Made by a program: the position numbers and the translations under genes
Source: Parcubacteria group bacterium Gr01-1014_13
GTDB taxonomy: Bacteria; Patescibacteriota; Patescibacteriia; Magasanikbacterales; GWA2-37-8
Direction of reading: 5' to 3'
NCBI GenBank assembly: GCA_007376295.1
Contig: VMGB01000001.1
Location: 5,030 to 69,029 of the forward strand
DNA length: 64,000 nucleotides
In this document: positions 17,678 to 27,488 of the stretch, piece after piece
How the letters are laid out: each line of letters opens with the position of its first letter
How positions within the stretch are numbered: position 1 is the first letter of the stretch
Notes under the pieces: generated by a model
The model's database searches: none
What the model was told of the DNA's origin: nothing
The model's input: the letters and a program-made list of their open reading frames with translations, nothing else

Positions 17678-18934
17678 ATGAAAAGTAGCCAAGGAAATTT
17701 AATTGGCGGTTTGGATATCGGATCAAATTCGGTACGCATGGCCGTAGGGCAATTGCTGGGAAAAGAAAACGGCAATCTTGAGTTACAAATTTTAGGCGCG
17801 GCTGAGTTTTCTTCCGAAGGGGTGCAAAAAGGAGTGGTAAACAGCATTGAAGATGTGGTTTCTTCTATTTCCGCCTGTCTGGAACGAGTCGAGAGAATGG
17901 TGGGAGTGCCTATAGACAGTGTTTGGGTAGGTATATCCGGATTACACATTTTATCTCAAAGCAGTAAGGGTGTTGTGGCCGTATCCAAAGCCAACAGTGA
18001 AATAACCGAAGAGGATGTAAATCGTGCTCTTGAGGCCGCTAGATCAATAGCTACACCTTTAAATTATGAAGTTCTTCATGTTTTGCCACGACATTACACG
18101 GTAGATGGGCAAACCAGCATTAAAGATCCAACATCAATGACCGGAGTACGTCTGGAAGTCGATACTCAAATTATTTTGGGTTCATCTTCGCAAATAAAAA
18201 ATTTGACTAAGGCCGTTTATCGAGCCGGCTTGGATATAGAGGATTTAGTTTTATCTATTATCGCTACCTCGGAAATCGTGGTTACCAAACGCCAGAAAGA
18301 ATTGGGCGTGATGGTCGTTAATGTGGGAGGAACCACTACTGCCATGGCAGTATTTGAAGAAGGAGAGTTGATTCATACCGCTATTATTCCTCTTGGTTCG
18401 CAAAATATTACTAATGATATCGCTATGGGACTACAGATACCGCCTGAAGATATTGCTGAACGAGTAAAAATAGAATACGGAGACTGTAATCCAGATTCAA
18501 CTAATAAAAGAGATGAAGTTGATTTGTTTGATATAGGGGCAGCGGATCACCAGATAGTAAAAAAGAAATTTTTAAGCGAAATAGTTTCTGCTCGCGTGGA
18601 AGAAATTTTACAAAAAGTTGATGATGAACTTCGAAAAATACAACGTTCCGGCATGTTGCCGGCGGGTGTAGTATTTACTGGCGCCGGAGCCAAGCTTCCG
18701 GGATTGGTAGGGTTGGCAAAGAAAGTTTTGCGATTGCCAGCGAATTTGGGCTATCCCCTTAATGTGGTAAGTGTAACTGACAAAGTTAACGATCTCGGTT
18801 TTGCAACAGCTGTAGGGCTGGTCAAATGGGGGAGTGAAATGCAAGGCAAAGCCCATGGCCAAAAGCCGGGTAGCAAAAAAATCGGTGATTTTTTTGGACG
18901 GCTTAAAAAAGGATTGAGCGACCTTATTCCTTAG
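17678..18934 (+). CDS. ftsA: Cell division protein FtsA
   Basis: Actin-like ATPase pattern LIGGLDIGSNSVRMAVGQ...VNVGGTTTAMAVFEEG, immediately upstream of ftsZ. Confidence 0.9.
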   Translation: MKSSQGNLIGGLDIGSNSVRMAVGQLLGKENGNLELQILGAAEFSSEGVQKGVVNSIEDVVSSISACLERVERMVGVPIDSVWVGISGLHILSQSSKGVVAVSKANSEITEEDVNRALEAARSIATPLNYEVLHVLPRHYTVDGQTSIKDPTSMTGVRLEVDTQIILGSSSQIKNLTKAVYRAGLDIEDLVLSIIATSEIVVTKRQKELGVMVVNVGGTTTAMAVFEEGELIHTAIIPLGSQNITNDIAMGLQIPPEDIAERVKIEYGDCNPDSTNKRDEVDLFDIGAADHQIVKKKFLSEIVSARVEEILQKVDDELRKIQRSGMLPAGVVFTGAGAKLPGLVGLAKKVLRLPANLGYPLNVVSVTDKVNDLGFATAVGLVKWGSEMQGKAHGQKPGSKKIGDFFGRLKKGLSDLIP

Positions 18935-19071
18935 TTGTGCATATTGGAAGGGATTTTTCTTGACAGTAAAAACTATTAACTATAAACTATACAACGGAGG
19001 TCACTCCGTTATTTTATTTATAAACGTATTGGATACAAAATTTGTTCAAGCACCTCTTTCATTCTTAATTA

Positions 19072-20301
19072 TTGAATATGCCTCAAGTAAAACCAGATAT
19101 AGAAACATTCGCCAAGATAAAAGTTATTGGCGTCGGTGGATCAGGAGGATCGGCAGTAAATCGAATGGTTGGAGGCCGCATTCGCGGAGTAGATTTTGTT
19201 GCCATGAACACAGATGTCCAGGCTTTGCATCATAGTTCGGCTCCGCAAAAATTACATATTGGAAAAAGCGTTACTCGCGGACTGGGCGCGGGTATGGATC
19301 CTGATGTTGGCCGAAAAGCTGCCGAAGAAACTCAGAATGAAATCAGAGATTTGGTAAAAGATGCAGATATGGTTTTTGTTACTTGTGGTTTGGGTGGAGG
19401 TACTGGTTCGGGAGCTGCGCCTGTCGTGGCTTCGGTAGCTAAAGAAGCTGGAGCGCTGACAATAGCCGTGGTTACAAAACCTTTTGGTTTTGAAGGTCCT
19501 CAACGCAGAGATATTGCCGATAAAGCATGGGAGCAGTTGGCTCGGAATGTGGATGCAATTATTACTATTCCTAATGATCGTATTTTGCAGATCATAGATA
19601 AAAAAACAACTCTGCTGGAATCATTTAAAATTGTTGATGATGTTTTGCGTCAAGGCGTCCAGGGAATCGCGGAACTCATTACTATTCCGGGACTTATTAA
19701 CGTAGATTTCGCAGACGTAAAAACAATTATGCGCGATGCGGGTTCTGCCTTGATGGGTATTGGAGTGGGTGAGGGTGAAAACAAAGCAGCTGACGCAGCC
19801 AAGTCTGCTATATCCAGTCCATTGCTCGAACTGTCCATAGATGGAGCCAGAGGCATACTATTTACTATTACTGGCGGTCCGGATATGACTATGACTGAAG
19901 TAAGCGAAGCGGCAAAAATAGTTACCAGCTCGGCAGCCGAAAATGCAAAAGTGATTTTTGGCGCTACGATTGATGAATCCATGAAAGATTGTATACGTAT
20001 TGCAGTTATTGCTACCGGCTTTGATGACCGCCGGCCTAGTTTGCCAGCGATTGAAGAGGAGCAGCCAACCCCTTCATTTTTTTCTGGTGGCAACAAATTT
20101 ATGTCCAGTAATTTCATGAGAAAAGTGCAAAAAGACGAAGAGGAAGAAGAAAAAAAGTTTAAACAAATTATCCATAACAATAATATTTCTTCCCAGCCAC
20201 CAATGCCCAAGTCTCCGCCACCCCAGCAACCCAAAGACAAGAATAATGGTGAAGATGAATTGGAGATACCCGCATTTATTAGAAAAAAGATGGGGATTTA
20301 A
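19072..20301 (+). CDS. ftsZ: Cell division GTPase FtsZ
   Basis: [28 protein letters not shown] and the C-terminal [12 protein letters not shown] peptide. Confidence 0.95.
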   Translation: MNMPQVKPDIETFAKIKVIGVGGSGGSAVNRMVGGRIRGVDFVAMNTDVQALHHSSAPQKLHIGKSVTRGLGAGMDPDVGRKAAEETQNEIRDLVKDADMVFVTCGLGGGTGSGAAPVVASVAKEAGALTIAVVTKPFGFEGPQRRDIADKAWEQLARNVDAIITIPNDRILQIIDKKTTLLESFKIVDDVLRQGVQGIAELITIPGLINVDFADVKTIMRDAGSALMGIGVGEGENKAADAAKSAISSPLLELSIDGARGILFTITGGPDMTMTEVSEAAKIVTSSAAENAKVIFGATIDESMKDCIRIAVIATGFDDRRPSLPAIEEEQPTPSFFSGGNKFMSSNFMRKVQKDEEEEEKKFKQIIHNNNISSQPPMPKSPPPQQPKDKNNGEDELEIPAFIRKKMGI

Positions 20302-20315
20302 TTATCCGCTAAACT

Positions 20316-20346
20316 AAAACAACACCCATTCAGGGGTGTTGTTTTA
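20316..20346 (+). terminator. Rho-independent terminator after ftsZ
   Basis: Perfect 10-bp stem aacaacaccc/gggtgttgtt followed by a T-run. Confidence 0.7.
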
Positions 20347-20387
20347 ATAAAAAGCGCAGTGTATAATAGAAAGCGAAATGTTAAATT

Positions 20388-20840
20388 ATGCGTTGTCCTG
20401 TTTGTAATAATAGAGAAATTAGCGTGGTTGATACGCGCCCATCTGAGGACGATTTGTCTATTCGTCGTCGTCGGGAATGTGATAAATGCCAATCCCGTTT
20501 TTCTACCGTTGAAGAAATGGAATTATTGGACGTCATCGTGGTAAAAAGCGATGGGCATCGGGAAATTTATATGCGTGATAAATTAGAAAGTGGCATTAAA
20601 ATGGCTTTGACCAAACGATCATATACCAGAGATAATTTTCATCGTTTGATACACTCTATTGAACGTGATATCCAAAGAAAGAAATCGAAAGAAATATCTA
20701 GTAAGGAATTGGGTGAAGTAGTTATCAAGCATCTACGCAGTTTCGATAAAGTCGCCTATATTAGATTTGCCAGTGTCTACCGTGATTTTAGAGACGTGCG
20801 TACTTTTGAAAAGGAGCTAAAGAAGTTAGGAGCTAAATAA
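20388..20840 (+). CDS. nrdR: Transcriptional repressor NrdR
   Basis: MRCPVCNN...CDKCQSRF zinc ribbon plus ATP-cone; 150 aa. An extended -10 element TGTATAAT lies upstream at about 20359-20368. Confidence 0.92.
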   Translation: MRCPVCNNREISVVDTRPSEDDLSIRRRRECDKCQSRFSTVEEMELLDVIVVKSDGHREIYMRDKLESGIKMALTKRSYTRDNFHRLIHSIERDIQRKKSKEISSKELGEVVIKHLRSFDKVAYIRFASVYRDFRDVRTFEKELKKLGAK

Positions 20841-20852
20841 TTAGATAATAGT

Positions 20853-21299
20853 ATGTTTAGGCATCATAAAGAAACAACAACTGATGAAGCGACAAAAAAG
20901 ACAGAGCCAACTGTTGCTAATTCTGATTTGTCTACTTTTACCAACAAAGTTTCTGCGCCTGAGGCCGCAAAAGCAGAGCCGGGTCTAAAAGAACTGATAG
21001 AAAAAAATTTAAAATGGTCTCAAATTATTTATGAGCAGAACCGAAAAATAAACAATAAACTTTTGTGGACGGCTATTGCTAGCTGGCTCAAGGTGTTGTT
21101 GATATTAGTTCCACTTGTACTCGCGATTTGGTACCTTGGGCCTTTACTCAAAGACGTGATTTCTCAATATAGTGAGTTGCTAGGTAATAGTGGTCAAGCA
21201 ACTTCCGAAAGCCAAGAAAATTCTATGAGCAACCTTCTTCTGAAGTGGTCTAATTTAGACCCCGCCCAACAGGAACAGTTAAAAGCATTATTTAAGTAA
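20853..21299 (+). CDS. Hypothetical small membrane protein
   Basis: 148 aa with a single TM segment (LLWTAIASWLKVLLILVPLVLAIWYLG). No recognisable family. Confidence 0.5.
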   Translation: MFRHHKETTTDEATKKTEPTVANSDLSTFTNKVSAPEAAKAEPGLKELIEKNLKWSQIIYEQNRKINNKLLWTAIASWLKVLLILVPLVLAIWYLGPLLKDVISQYSELLGNSGQATSESQENSMSNLLLKWSNLDPAQQEQLKALFK

Positions 21300-21300
21300 T

Positions 21301-22740
21301 ATGTTTAAGAAAACAAAGATTTGCGCCACTATTGGTCCGGCTTGTGCGGATGTTGCTACTCTTACAGATATGGTAAAAGCAGGCATGAATATTGCCCGAT
21401 TAAATTTTTCTCATGGCGATTATGCAAGTCATAGCGCTCTTATAAAAAATATTAGAAAAGCTGAGGAAATCACCGGCGAGCCAATTGCTATAATGCAGGA
21501 TTTGCAAGGGCCAAAAATTAGAGTGGGAGGTTTGCCCGAAGTCGGCGTGTCTATAAAGGTTGGTGAGGAAGTGGTTTTTGATACCTCCTTAACTGAATAT
21601 AAAGGAAAAGAAATCCCTTTAGATTATCACGATCTGCATAAATTTCTTGAACCAGGCCAAAGGATTTTGGTAGATGATGGGCATATTGAAATAAAAGTAA
21701 AAAGTGTTGAAGGTACAAAAATAACAGGAGAAGTAGTGGAGGGTGCTACAATTTTATCTCACAAAGGTTTAAATTTACCGGATAGTGATTTAAATATTAC
21801 AGCCATAAGCGAAAAAGATAAAAAAGATTTAAAATTTGGCGTTGAGCAGGGTGTAGATTTAGTAGCGCTTTCATTTGTACGCAGCGCAAAAGATATTATT
21901 GACCTGCGATTTTTGGTCAAACAATTTGAAAATGAATTGGGCATAAGAAATCAACAGCCAATTCATTTAATCGCCAAAATAGAGCGACATGTGGCGGTAG
22001 AAAATTTAGAAGAAATTTTAGATGTCACCGACGGCATCATGGTAGCGCGCGGAGACCTAGGTTTGGAAATGTTGGCTGCTGAAGTTCCGCTAGTCCAGAA
22101 AAAAATGATAGATTCGGCCAATGCGCACGCCAAACCGGTAATTGTAGCTACACAAATGCTTGATTCCATGAGAGAGAACCGTCGTCCTACTCGTGCCGAA
22201 GTAAGTGATGTGGCTAATGCAGTAATAGATCACGCCGATACTTTGATGTTGTCCAATGAAACTGCCGCTGGGAAGCATCCAGTTTTAGTGGTAGAAACTA
22301 TGGCCGATATTATAGCTAGCACAGAAAAATCGCAGTATGATGATACTGCTTTACCATCCATTCATAAAGCCGGTACTACTATTGATGTGGCCATTACCGA
22401 ATTGTCGCGTATTTTGGCCGAAGAAGTAAAAGCCAAAATAGTTTTAGCCGCCTCAATTTCTGGAGAAACTGGCCGCATTATTAGTCATGTACGTCCGCCA
22501 CTGCCCATACTTGTGGGCACCAGCAGTCAAAGAGTGCAAAGACAATTAAATTTATCTTGGGGAGTGATACCGTTTATTTTGGAGACCTGTGCTTCTATAG
22601 AAGAATTGGTAGAGAGATCTATTGCTTATATAAAGAAACATAAAATTGCCAAAAATGGTGACAATATGGTGGTGGTGGCAGGTGAACCGGTTGGACAGGC
22701 TGGGAATGTGAATTTGGTGGAAGTGCGAAAGATAGAATAA
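21301..22740 (+). CDS. pyk: Pyruvate kinase
   Basis: TKICATIGPA, MNIARLNFSHGDY and the MVARGDLG motif. Confidence 0.93.
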   Translation: MFKKTKICATIGPACADVATLTDMVKAGMNIARLNFSHGDYASHSALIKNIRKAEEITGEPIAIMQDLQGPKIRVGGLPEVGVSIKVGEEVVFDTSLTEYKGKEIPLDYHDLHKFLEPGQRILVDDGHIEIKVKSVEGTKITGEVVEGATILSHKGLNLPDSDLNITAISEKDKKDLKFGVEQGVDLVALSFVRSAKDIIDLRFLVKQFENELGIRNQQPIHLIAKIERHVAVENLEEILDVTDGIMVARGDLGLEMLAAEVPLVQKKMIDSANAHAKPVIVATQMLDSMRENRRPTRAEVSDVANAVIDHADTLMLSNETAAGKHPVLVVETMADIIASTEKSQYDDTALPSIHKAGTTIDVAITELSRILAEEVKAKIVLAASISGETGRIISHVRPPLPILVGTSSQRVQRQLNLSWGVIPFILETCASIEELVERSIAYIKKHKIAKNGDNMVVVAGEPVGQAGNVNLVEVRKIE

Positions 22741-22828
22741 TTTCAGCTAAATTTTAATAATTTAAATCATCTCTTATCTTGACAGTCGCAACAAGTCCCA
22801 ATGCTTGGCATGGTGGTTACATTGGCGC

Positions 22829-22856
22829 TTGACAAAAGGCGTATTTGTGGTACAAT
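22829..22856 (+). promoter_or_regulatory. Sigma70-like promoter TTGACA-16-TACAAT upstream of the island gene
   Basis: ttgaca at 22829-22834 and tacaat at 22851-22856, followed by an AAGGAGG SD before the ATG at 22997. Confidence 0.5.
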
Positions 22857-22996
22857 ACGCCGCTCTTTTATTTCTCAGCTTTCTTTTGGCTCTGTTTACA
22901 GGTTCAAAAGAAGGCTGGGAAAACCAGCTAGAAGACAAGCCTTATGCTCTGCATGGTGTAGAGTGAGAGGTGAGTCATAAATCAAGGAGGTGCCAA

Positions 22997-23584
22997 ATGG
23001 CACGCACGAAGCAACAGAAGAGCGAGTTCGTTAGTGGTCTCGGCACAGGGTTCGAGTTCGTCAAGGCGATCTCAGATGAGGTCCGAAAATTGGGCGGTAG
23101 TGATGATGATCTTCGTAAGGTCATCACACAGACCGCTTTGCGTCGCAAGATTGCCGAGTCTATCATGGTGGGTCGAGATGGAAGCAAGTTTCCCTCTCTC
23201 GTCCATGCCGCAGAGCTCATCCCCGAGGGATGGACGGTCGTGGAGGATGTCGTTCTGTCGTCATTCGACGTGAGCGGTTTGAAGCCCCGTTCGTTCCTCA
23301 AAGAGCGTGAGACGTCAATCAGCAGCGAACAGATGCGTAAGCGCGCCGCGGAGTTCCACTGCAACCTCGGGCTCTCCGATGCTAAGCGCATGCTTGCCGA
23401 GCAGGATAAGATCCCTGTCGAGTTTCGGGATTTTTATATCCCATTTCCCGGCACGGTTTTGCGCGATCCGGGCGGCGACCTCAGCGTCCCTTACCTCTTC
23501 TTCTACGGCGGTCGTTGGCGCATGGACTTCGTCTGGCTCGGCAACGACTGGGACGTCAGCGATCGGTTCGCCTGTAGCGAGTAG
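22997..23584 (+). CDS. Hypothetical protein (195 aa), a member of a two-copy paralogous family in this window (paralog at 52405..52986)
   Basis: ATG at 22997 with a strong SD aaggaggtgccaaATG. Shares with the paralog: RKRAAEFHCNLGLSDAKRMLAE...IPVEFRDFY...VPYLFFYGGRWRMDFVWLGNDW versus RQRAIKLKANLGLADAQYILGH...IPNEFRKHY...VAFLYWHHSRWFLGFRPAGDSW. Confidence 0.6.
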   Translation: MARTKQQKSEFVSGLGTGFEFVKAISDEVRKLGGSDDDLRKVITQTALRRKIAESIMVGRDGSKFPSLVHAAELIPEGWTVVEDVVLSSFDVSGLKPRSFLKERETSISSEQMRKRAAEFHCNLGLSDAKRMLAEQDKIPVEFRDFYIPFPGTVLRDPGGDLSVPYLFFYGGRWRMDFVWLGNDWDVSDRFACSE

Positions 23585-23645
23585 GAAACTTGGTGACTCG
23601 GACACTTGGTACTAAACTGTTGTCTGTTCGGTCCTCGGTTTCTCG

Positions 23646-23705
23646 GACCCTCGGTCAGCGTTCACTGTAAAATGTGAATGTTTGGTCGAGGGTCTTTTTC
23701 TTTTC
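23646..23705 (+). terminator. Structured rho-independent terminator after the island gene
   Basis: Stem gaccctcg/cgagggtc around a loop containing the inner hairpin ttcac..gtgaa, then TTTTTCTTTT. Confidence 0.6.
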
Positions 23706-23762
23706 CAAAAAATTTGTTAAACGGTGATAGGTGGGTACTGGTGGTGGGGTAGAGTTTTTATT

Positions 23763-25010
23763 TTATTTCAATGTCGGATAAAGAGGAAAGTTTTTTGTAA
23801 GTTCAACAACCCGTTGTTTGATATCAGCCAATTTAGCATCATCCTGCCAATTCATTATCGCTTCATCAATCCAACCGGCAATAGTTTTCATCTCATTTTC
23901 TTTCATACCCCGAGTGGTAATGGCTGGTGTGCCCAAACGTATACCAGACGGATCCATTGGTGAACGAGGATCATCAGGAATCATATTTTTGTTTACGGTG
24001 ATACCAGCTTTGTCTAAGGCTATTTGCGCCTGTTTGCCAGACACACCTTTTGGAGTTACGTCGATTAGAAGCAAGTGATTATCCGAGCCGCCAAAACATA
24101 ATTTATATCCCATTTGGTTGAATTCTGCTTCCAAAATTTTGATATTCTTTTTTATTTGTTTGGCGTATTCTTTGAATTCCGGTTCCATGGCTTCTTTAAA
24201 AGCTATGGCTTTTGCGGCTATATTGTTTTCATGTGGGCCACCTTGAAATCCAGGAAACACTGCCTTATCTATATCTTTGGCAAATTTTTCTTTGCACATT
24301 ATCATGCCGCCGCGAGGGCCGCGTAGTGTTTTGTGGGTAGTCGTGGTTACGATATCAAAAATTGGTACCGGATTATTCATCTCGCCGCCAGCAATCAGTC
24401 CAGCGATGTGAGCAATATCGGCCATAGTAACGGCACCAACTTCGTCAGCAATCTCTTTTATTTTTGTATATTCAATTTCTCGGGAATAGGCGCTATAACC
24501 AACCAAAATTATTTTTGGTTTGTGTTCCAATGCCATTTGTCTTAAATTATCCAAATCAATCAAACCTTCGGCATTAGTTTTATAGCGTACAAAGTTATAT
24601 ATTTTGGCCATGTAGGTTACTGGATGTCCGTGAGTCAGGTGGCCGCCGTGGGATAGGTCCATACCTAACACCGTATCACCGGGTTTAAGCAGGGCAAAAT
24701 ATACAGCAATGTTGGCTGGAGCACCTGAAAGTGGTTGTACGTTTACGTGCTCAGCGCCAAAAATTTGTTTGGCGCGGTCTATGGCCAACTGCTCTACTTC
24801 ATCAATAAATTCACAGCCGCCGTAATATCTTTTTCCTGGGTAGCCCTCGGAATATTTATTGGTTAAAACAGATCCTAGCGCATCAAGTACAGCAGGGGAG
24901 ACAAAGTTTTCTGAAGGGATCATTTCTAAACCTTCTTCTTGGCGCTGTTGTTCGCGTTTAATGCTTTGGTAAATATCGTTATCAAATTCTTTTAAAGGTT
25001 GAGTGTGCAT
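23763..25010 (-). CDS. glyA: Serine hydroxymethyltransferase
   Basis: [35 protein letters not shown] and [11 protein letters not shown]. Confidence 0.95.
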   Translation of the reverse strand: MHTQPLKEFDNDIYQSIKREQQRQEEGLEMIPSENFVSPAVLDALGSVLTNKYSEGYPGKRYYGGCEFIDEVEQLAIDRAKQIFGAEHVNVQPLSGAPANIAVYFALLKPGDTVLGMDLSHGGHLTHGHPVTYMAKIYNFVRYKTNAEGLIDLDNLRQMALEHKPKIILVGYSAYSREIEYTKIKEIADEVGAVTMADIAHIAGLIAGGEMNNPVPIFDIVTTTTHKTLRGPRGGMIMCKEKFAKDIDKAVFPGFQGGPHENNIAAKAIAFKEAMEPEFKEYAKQIKKNIKILEAEFNQMGYKLCFGGSDNHLLLIDVTPKGVSGKQAQIALDKAGITVNKNMIPDDPRSPMDPSGIRLGTPAITTRGMKENEMKTIAGWIDEAIMNWQDDAKLADIKQRVVELTKNFPLYPTLK

Positions 25011-25088
25011 AAAAAATATAAAATAAGTCAGTTATTTATTAAGGTCGATATTTGGAAGAAGGTAGTTAGATCATATCTAATTATGGTA

Positions 25089-26771
25089 CTATCTTTTTAG
25101 ATTTTTTACCATATAAGTATTTTCTAGAGTAAAGCCGAATTTTTTATAGTATTCACGCACGCCAACACCAGAAATTACCGCCAACTGGTAGGCTTTATTT
25201 TTTTTACAAATTTTTTCCGCTTCGGCGATTAATTTTTTACCCAAGCCAATATGCTGGCTGGCACCTTTGGATTTTTTACCAATGTTAATTAATTGGCCGT
25301 AGGTATGCAGTTCGCGAATAAAAGCTGGATAGCCCATCGCATCTAAAGCGGCCGCGCTAATTCCTTCACTAGGTAGGCCTTTTATAATTTTATCCTTAAC
25401 CACTTTGTCTTTTGATAAAACGCGCAAACGGCAAAAAGCATAAACCACATCGCGATTAGCGTCTTCAAAGCTCAAAAAGTATTCCTTGCCTCCGCTGGCT
25501 TCATATTCATCAATAAATAACTTTGGTTTGTGAGTAACCCCATTTTCAAAATGTTGGTGTCCTACTTCTCGGCAACGCAAGCATTTGCATTTTAATCCTT
25601 CCTTTGCCATTTCTGCTTGGATAACTTGTCTCAAGTTTGTCATGGTATTACCAGCTTGAATATGATGTCCGGGAATATCACGGATCAAGCGTGAGATACG
25701 TACGTATCCGGGCACCTTTGCTTTAAATTTTTTCAGCATGTTTATCAGTTCTCGGTCTGAATAAGTTTTGTATTCACCTCGTTTTAGCCAATCAAAAAGC
25801 TCGGAAGTTTTGATAACTGTGCAAGGATAAACTTTGATCATGTCCGGTCGGTAGTCAGAATTATCAAAAACTTCTAACATCATTTTTAAGTCCGTAGCTG
25901 GAGTGGCTCCGGGCAGTTGTGGCATGAGGTGGTAATCTACTTTGAAGCCATAATCCTTTAGCATTTTGGTGGCGTGTTTTACGGCCGCTATGCCATGACC
26001 GCGTTTGGTTATATCAAGGATTTTTTCATTAGTATTTTGCACACCAAGCTCTATTCGCGTTGTGCCCATTTCGCGCATAGCCGCGACAGTGCCTTTGTTT
26101 ATAAAATCAGGCCGTGTTTCTATAGTTAGACCGATGATGCGATGTTTACTTTTCTCATTTATTTTTTGAATTTTAAAACTAAGTTTACGTAAATCATCCA
26201 AAGAGAACATTTCATCTACTTGGCTATTTTCAAATTTGGCATCATTGCAAGCCTCAAAACATCTGGCAATAAACCAGTACTGGTATTTGATAGGGTAGGA
26301 GTTCCAGGTGCCGCCTTTTATAATCAATTCTACCTTGTCTGTGGGGTGGCCATTGGTAGTCAAAGCCTGGATACGTTGGGATACTTGTTGGTAGGGGTCA
26401 AAAGCCAAGCCTAAGGCGCGGGCTGCGGCTGGCTCGTCGGCTAGGTAGCTTTTTGGCATGCGGGCTTCGGTAGGGCAATAAATGCATTTTCCGGGGCAGG
26501 GGAATGGCTTGGTGAGTACGGTAATAATGCTAACACCAGACAAACTGCGCACAGCTCGGCGCATGAGCATTTTCTCTAAAGCTGGGCTTTTTTTAATCTT
26601 GTGTTGCTTGAGTAATTTATGATATGATTTAAGTAGTTCTGGCTTGGTAGGAATGTTAATTTGCGCATTTTTAGTCTGACGTAAAATTGTTCGCAGAACT
26701 TCGCCAAAATCAGCCGCCTTTGTGGGCGGATTAGAAGCCAGAGACTTAATCATTATTTCGGTAATAGACAT
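25089..26771 (-). CDS. Elp3-like radical SAM enzyme with a C-terminal GNAT acetyltransferase domain (tRNA-modification-type). The start is taken at internal Met47 of listed ORF 25089..26909.
   Basis: CPGKCIYCP radical-SAM cysteine triad, the Elp3 core GTTRIELGVQN and a C-terminal GNAT fold. Starting at 26771 avoids a 135-bp overlap with the divergent gene at 26775. The start position is uncertain. Confidence 0.8.
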   Translation of the reverse strand: MSITEIMIKSLASNPPTKAADFGEVLRTILRQTKNAQINIPTKPELLKSYHKLLKQHKIKKSPALEKMLMRRAVRSLSGVSIITVLTKPFPCPGKCIYCPTEARMPKSYLADEPAAARALGLAFDPYQQVSQRIQALTTNGHPTDKVELIIKGGTWNSYPIKYQYWFIARCFEACNDAKFENSQVDEMFSLDDLRKLSFKIQKINEKSKHRIIGLTIETRPDFINKGTVAAMREMGTTRIELGVQNTNEKILDITKRGHGIAAVKHATKMLKDYGFKVDYHLMPQLPGATPATDLKMMLEVFDNSDYRPDMIKVYPCTVIKTSELFDWLKRGEYKTYSDRELINMLKKFKAKVPGYVRISRLIRDIPGHHIQAGNTMTNLRQVIQAEMAKEGLKCKCLRCREVGHQHFENGVTHKPKLFIDEYEASGGKEYFLSFEDANRDVVYAFCRLRVLSKDKVVKDKIIKGLPSEGISAAALDAMGYPAFIRELHTYGQLINIGKKSKGASQHIGLGKKLIAEAEKICKKNKAYQLAVISGVGVREYYKKFGFTLENTYMVKNLKR

Positions 26772-26774
26772 AAT

Positions 26775-27485
26775 ATGGCAGGAAAAGATACAGCTACGAT
26801 TATACATAAAACCCGGAAAGATTACAACCGTATAGCTAAGTATTTTGATAGCACCAGAAATAACGCCGGTGAACTGGAAATTTTTAAGAAATTTATTAAA
26901 AATGGGCAAAATATTTTGGATTGGGGCTGTGGTAATGGAAGATTGATTTTTTTGTTACAGAATAAAAAAGTAAATTATTTTGGGACAGATCAGAGTGAAG
27001 GATTGTTAAAGATTGCTCGTAAAAATCATAAAAAAGCAGTAACAGAAGGTTGGGCAAAGTTTTTTTCTACAGCCAGCCGAAAGAAAATCTTCCCCAAAGG
27101 TTTTTTCGATCTAGTTTTCATGATTGCTTCGTTTCACCATTTGCCAGATAAACAGAGTCGATCGAAAATATTAGAGGATGTTTATAAACAATTAAAACCA
27201 GGCGGAAAATTAATTATTACGGTTTGGAATTTGGAGAGTGATTGGGCGAAAGATAAAATAGATACAAAATGGCAACAGATTGGAGAAAATGATTTTTTGG
27301 TTCCATGGAGTAATCCGCAGGGTGAAGTATTAGCCAATAGATATTACCATCATTTTCCGAAGGATGAATTAGCCGGACTTTTAAAAGAAACGGGATTCAG
27401 GATAAAAAAAATGGATTATGCTGAAAAAACAAATTGGACAGATAAAAAGGGTGGGAGAAATTTGGTAGTTATTGCTAGCAAATAG
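26775..27485 (+). CDS. Class I SAM-dependent methyltransferase (type 11-like)
   Basis: ILDWGCGNGR motif I and PGGKLIITVWN. Confidence 0.8.
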   Translation: MAGKDTATIIHKTRKDYNRIAKYFDSTRNNAGELEIFKKFIKNGQNILDWGCGNGRLIFLLQNKKVNYFGTDQSEGLLKIARKNHKKAVTEGWAKFFSTASRKKIFPKGFFDLVFMIASFHHLPDKQSRSKILEDVYKQLKPGGKLIITVWNLESDWAKDKIDTKWQQIGENDFLVPWSNPQGEVLANRYYHHFPKDELAGLLKETGFRIKKMDYAEKTNWTDKKGGRNLVVIASK

Positions 27486-27488
27486 AGT

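Larger units (their letters stand above)
22741..23760. other. GC-rich compositional island (about 57% GC against about 38% background) carrying one hypothetical gene with its own promoter and terminator
   Basis: Counted directly, for example 23041-23100 is 34/60 GC. The many long antisense ORFs here are a high-GC artefact. Confidence 0.6.

Noticed and set aside
19650-20240. 196-aa minus-strand ORF antisense to ftsZ
   Set aside because: Shadow ORF within a confidently identified gene.
22975-23615. Several long ORFs on both strands inside the GC-rich island (22975..23391-, 23315..23605-, 23034..23273+, 23307..23615+)
   Set aside because: High GC suppresses stop codons, so antisense and off-frame ORFs are expected. 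Only the frame with the SD, promoter and terminator, which also has a paralog, is credible.
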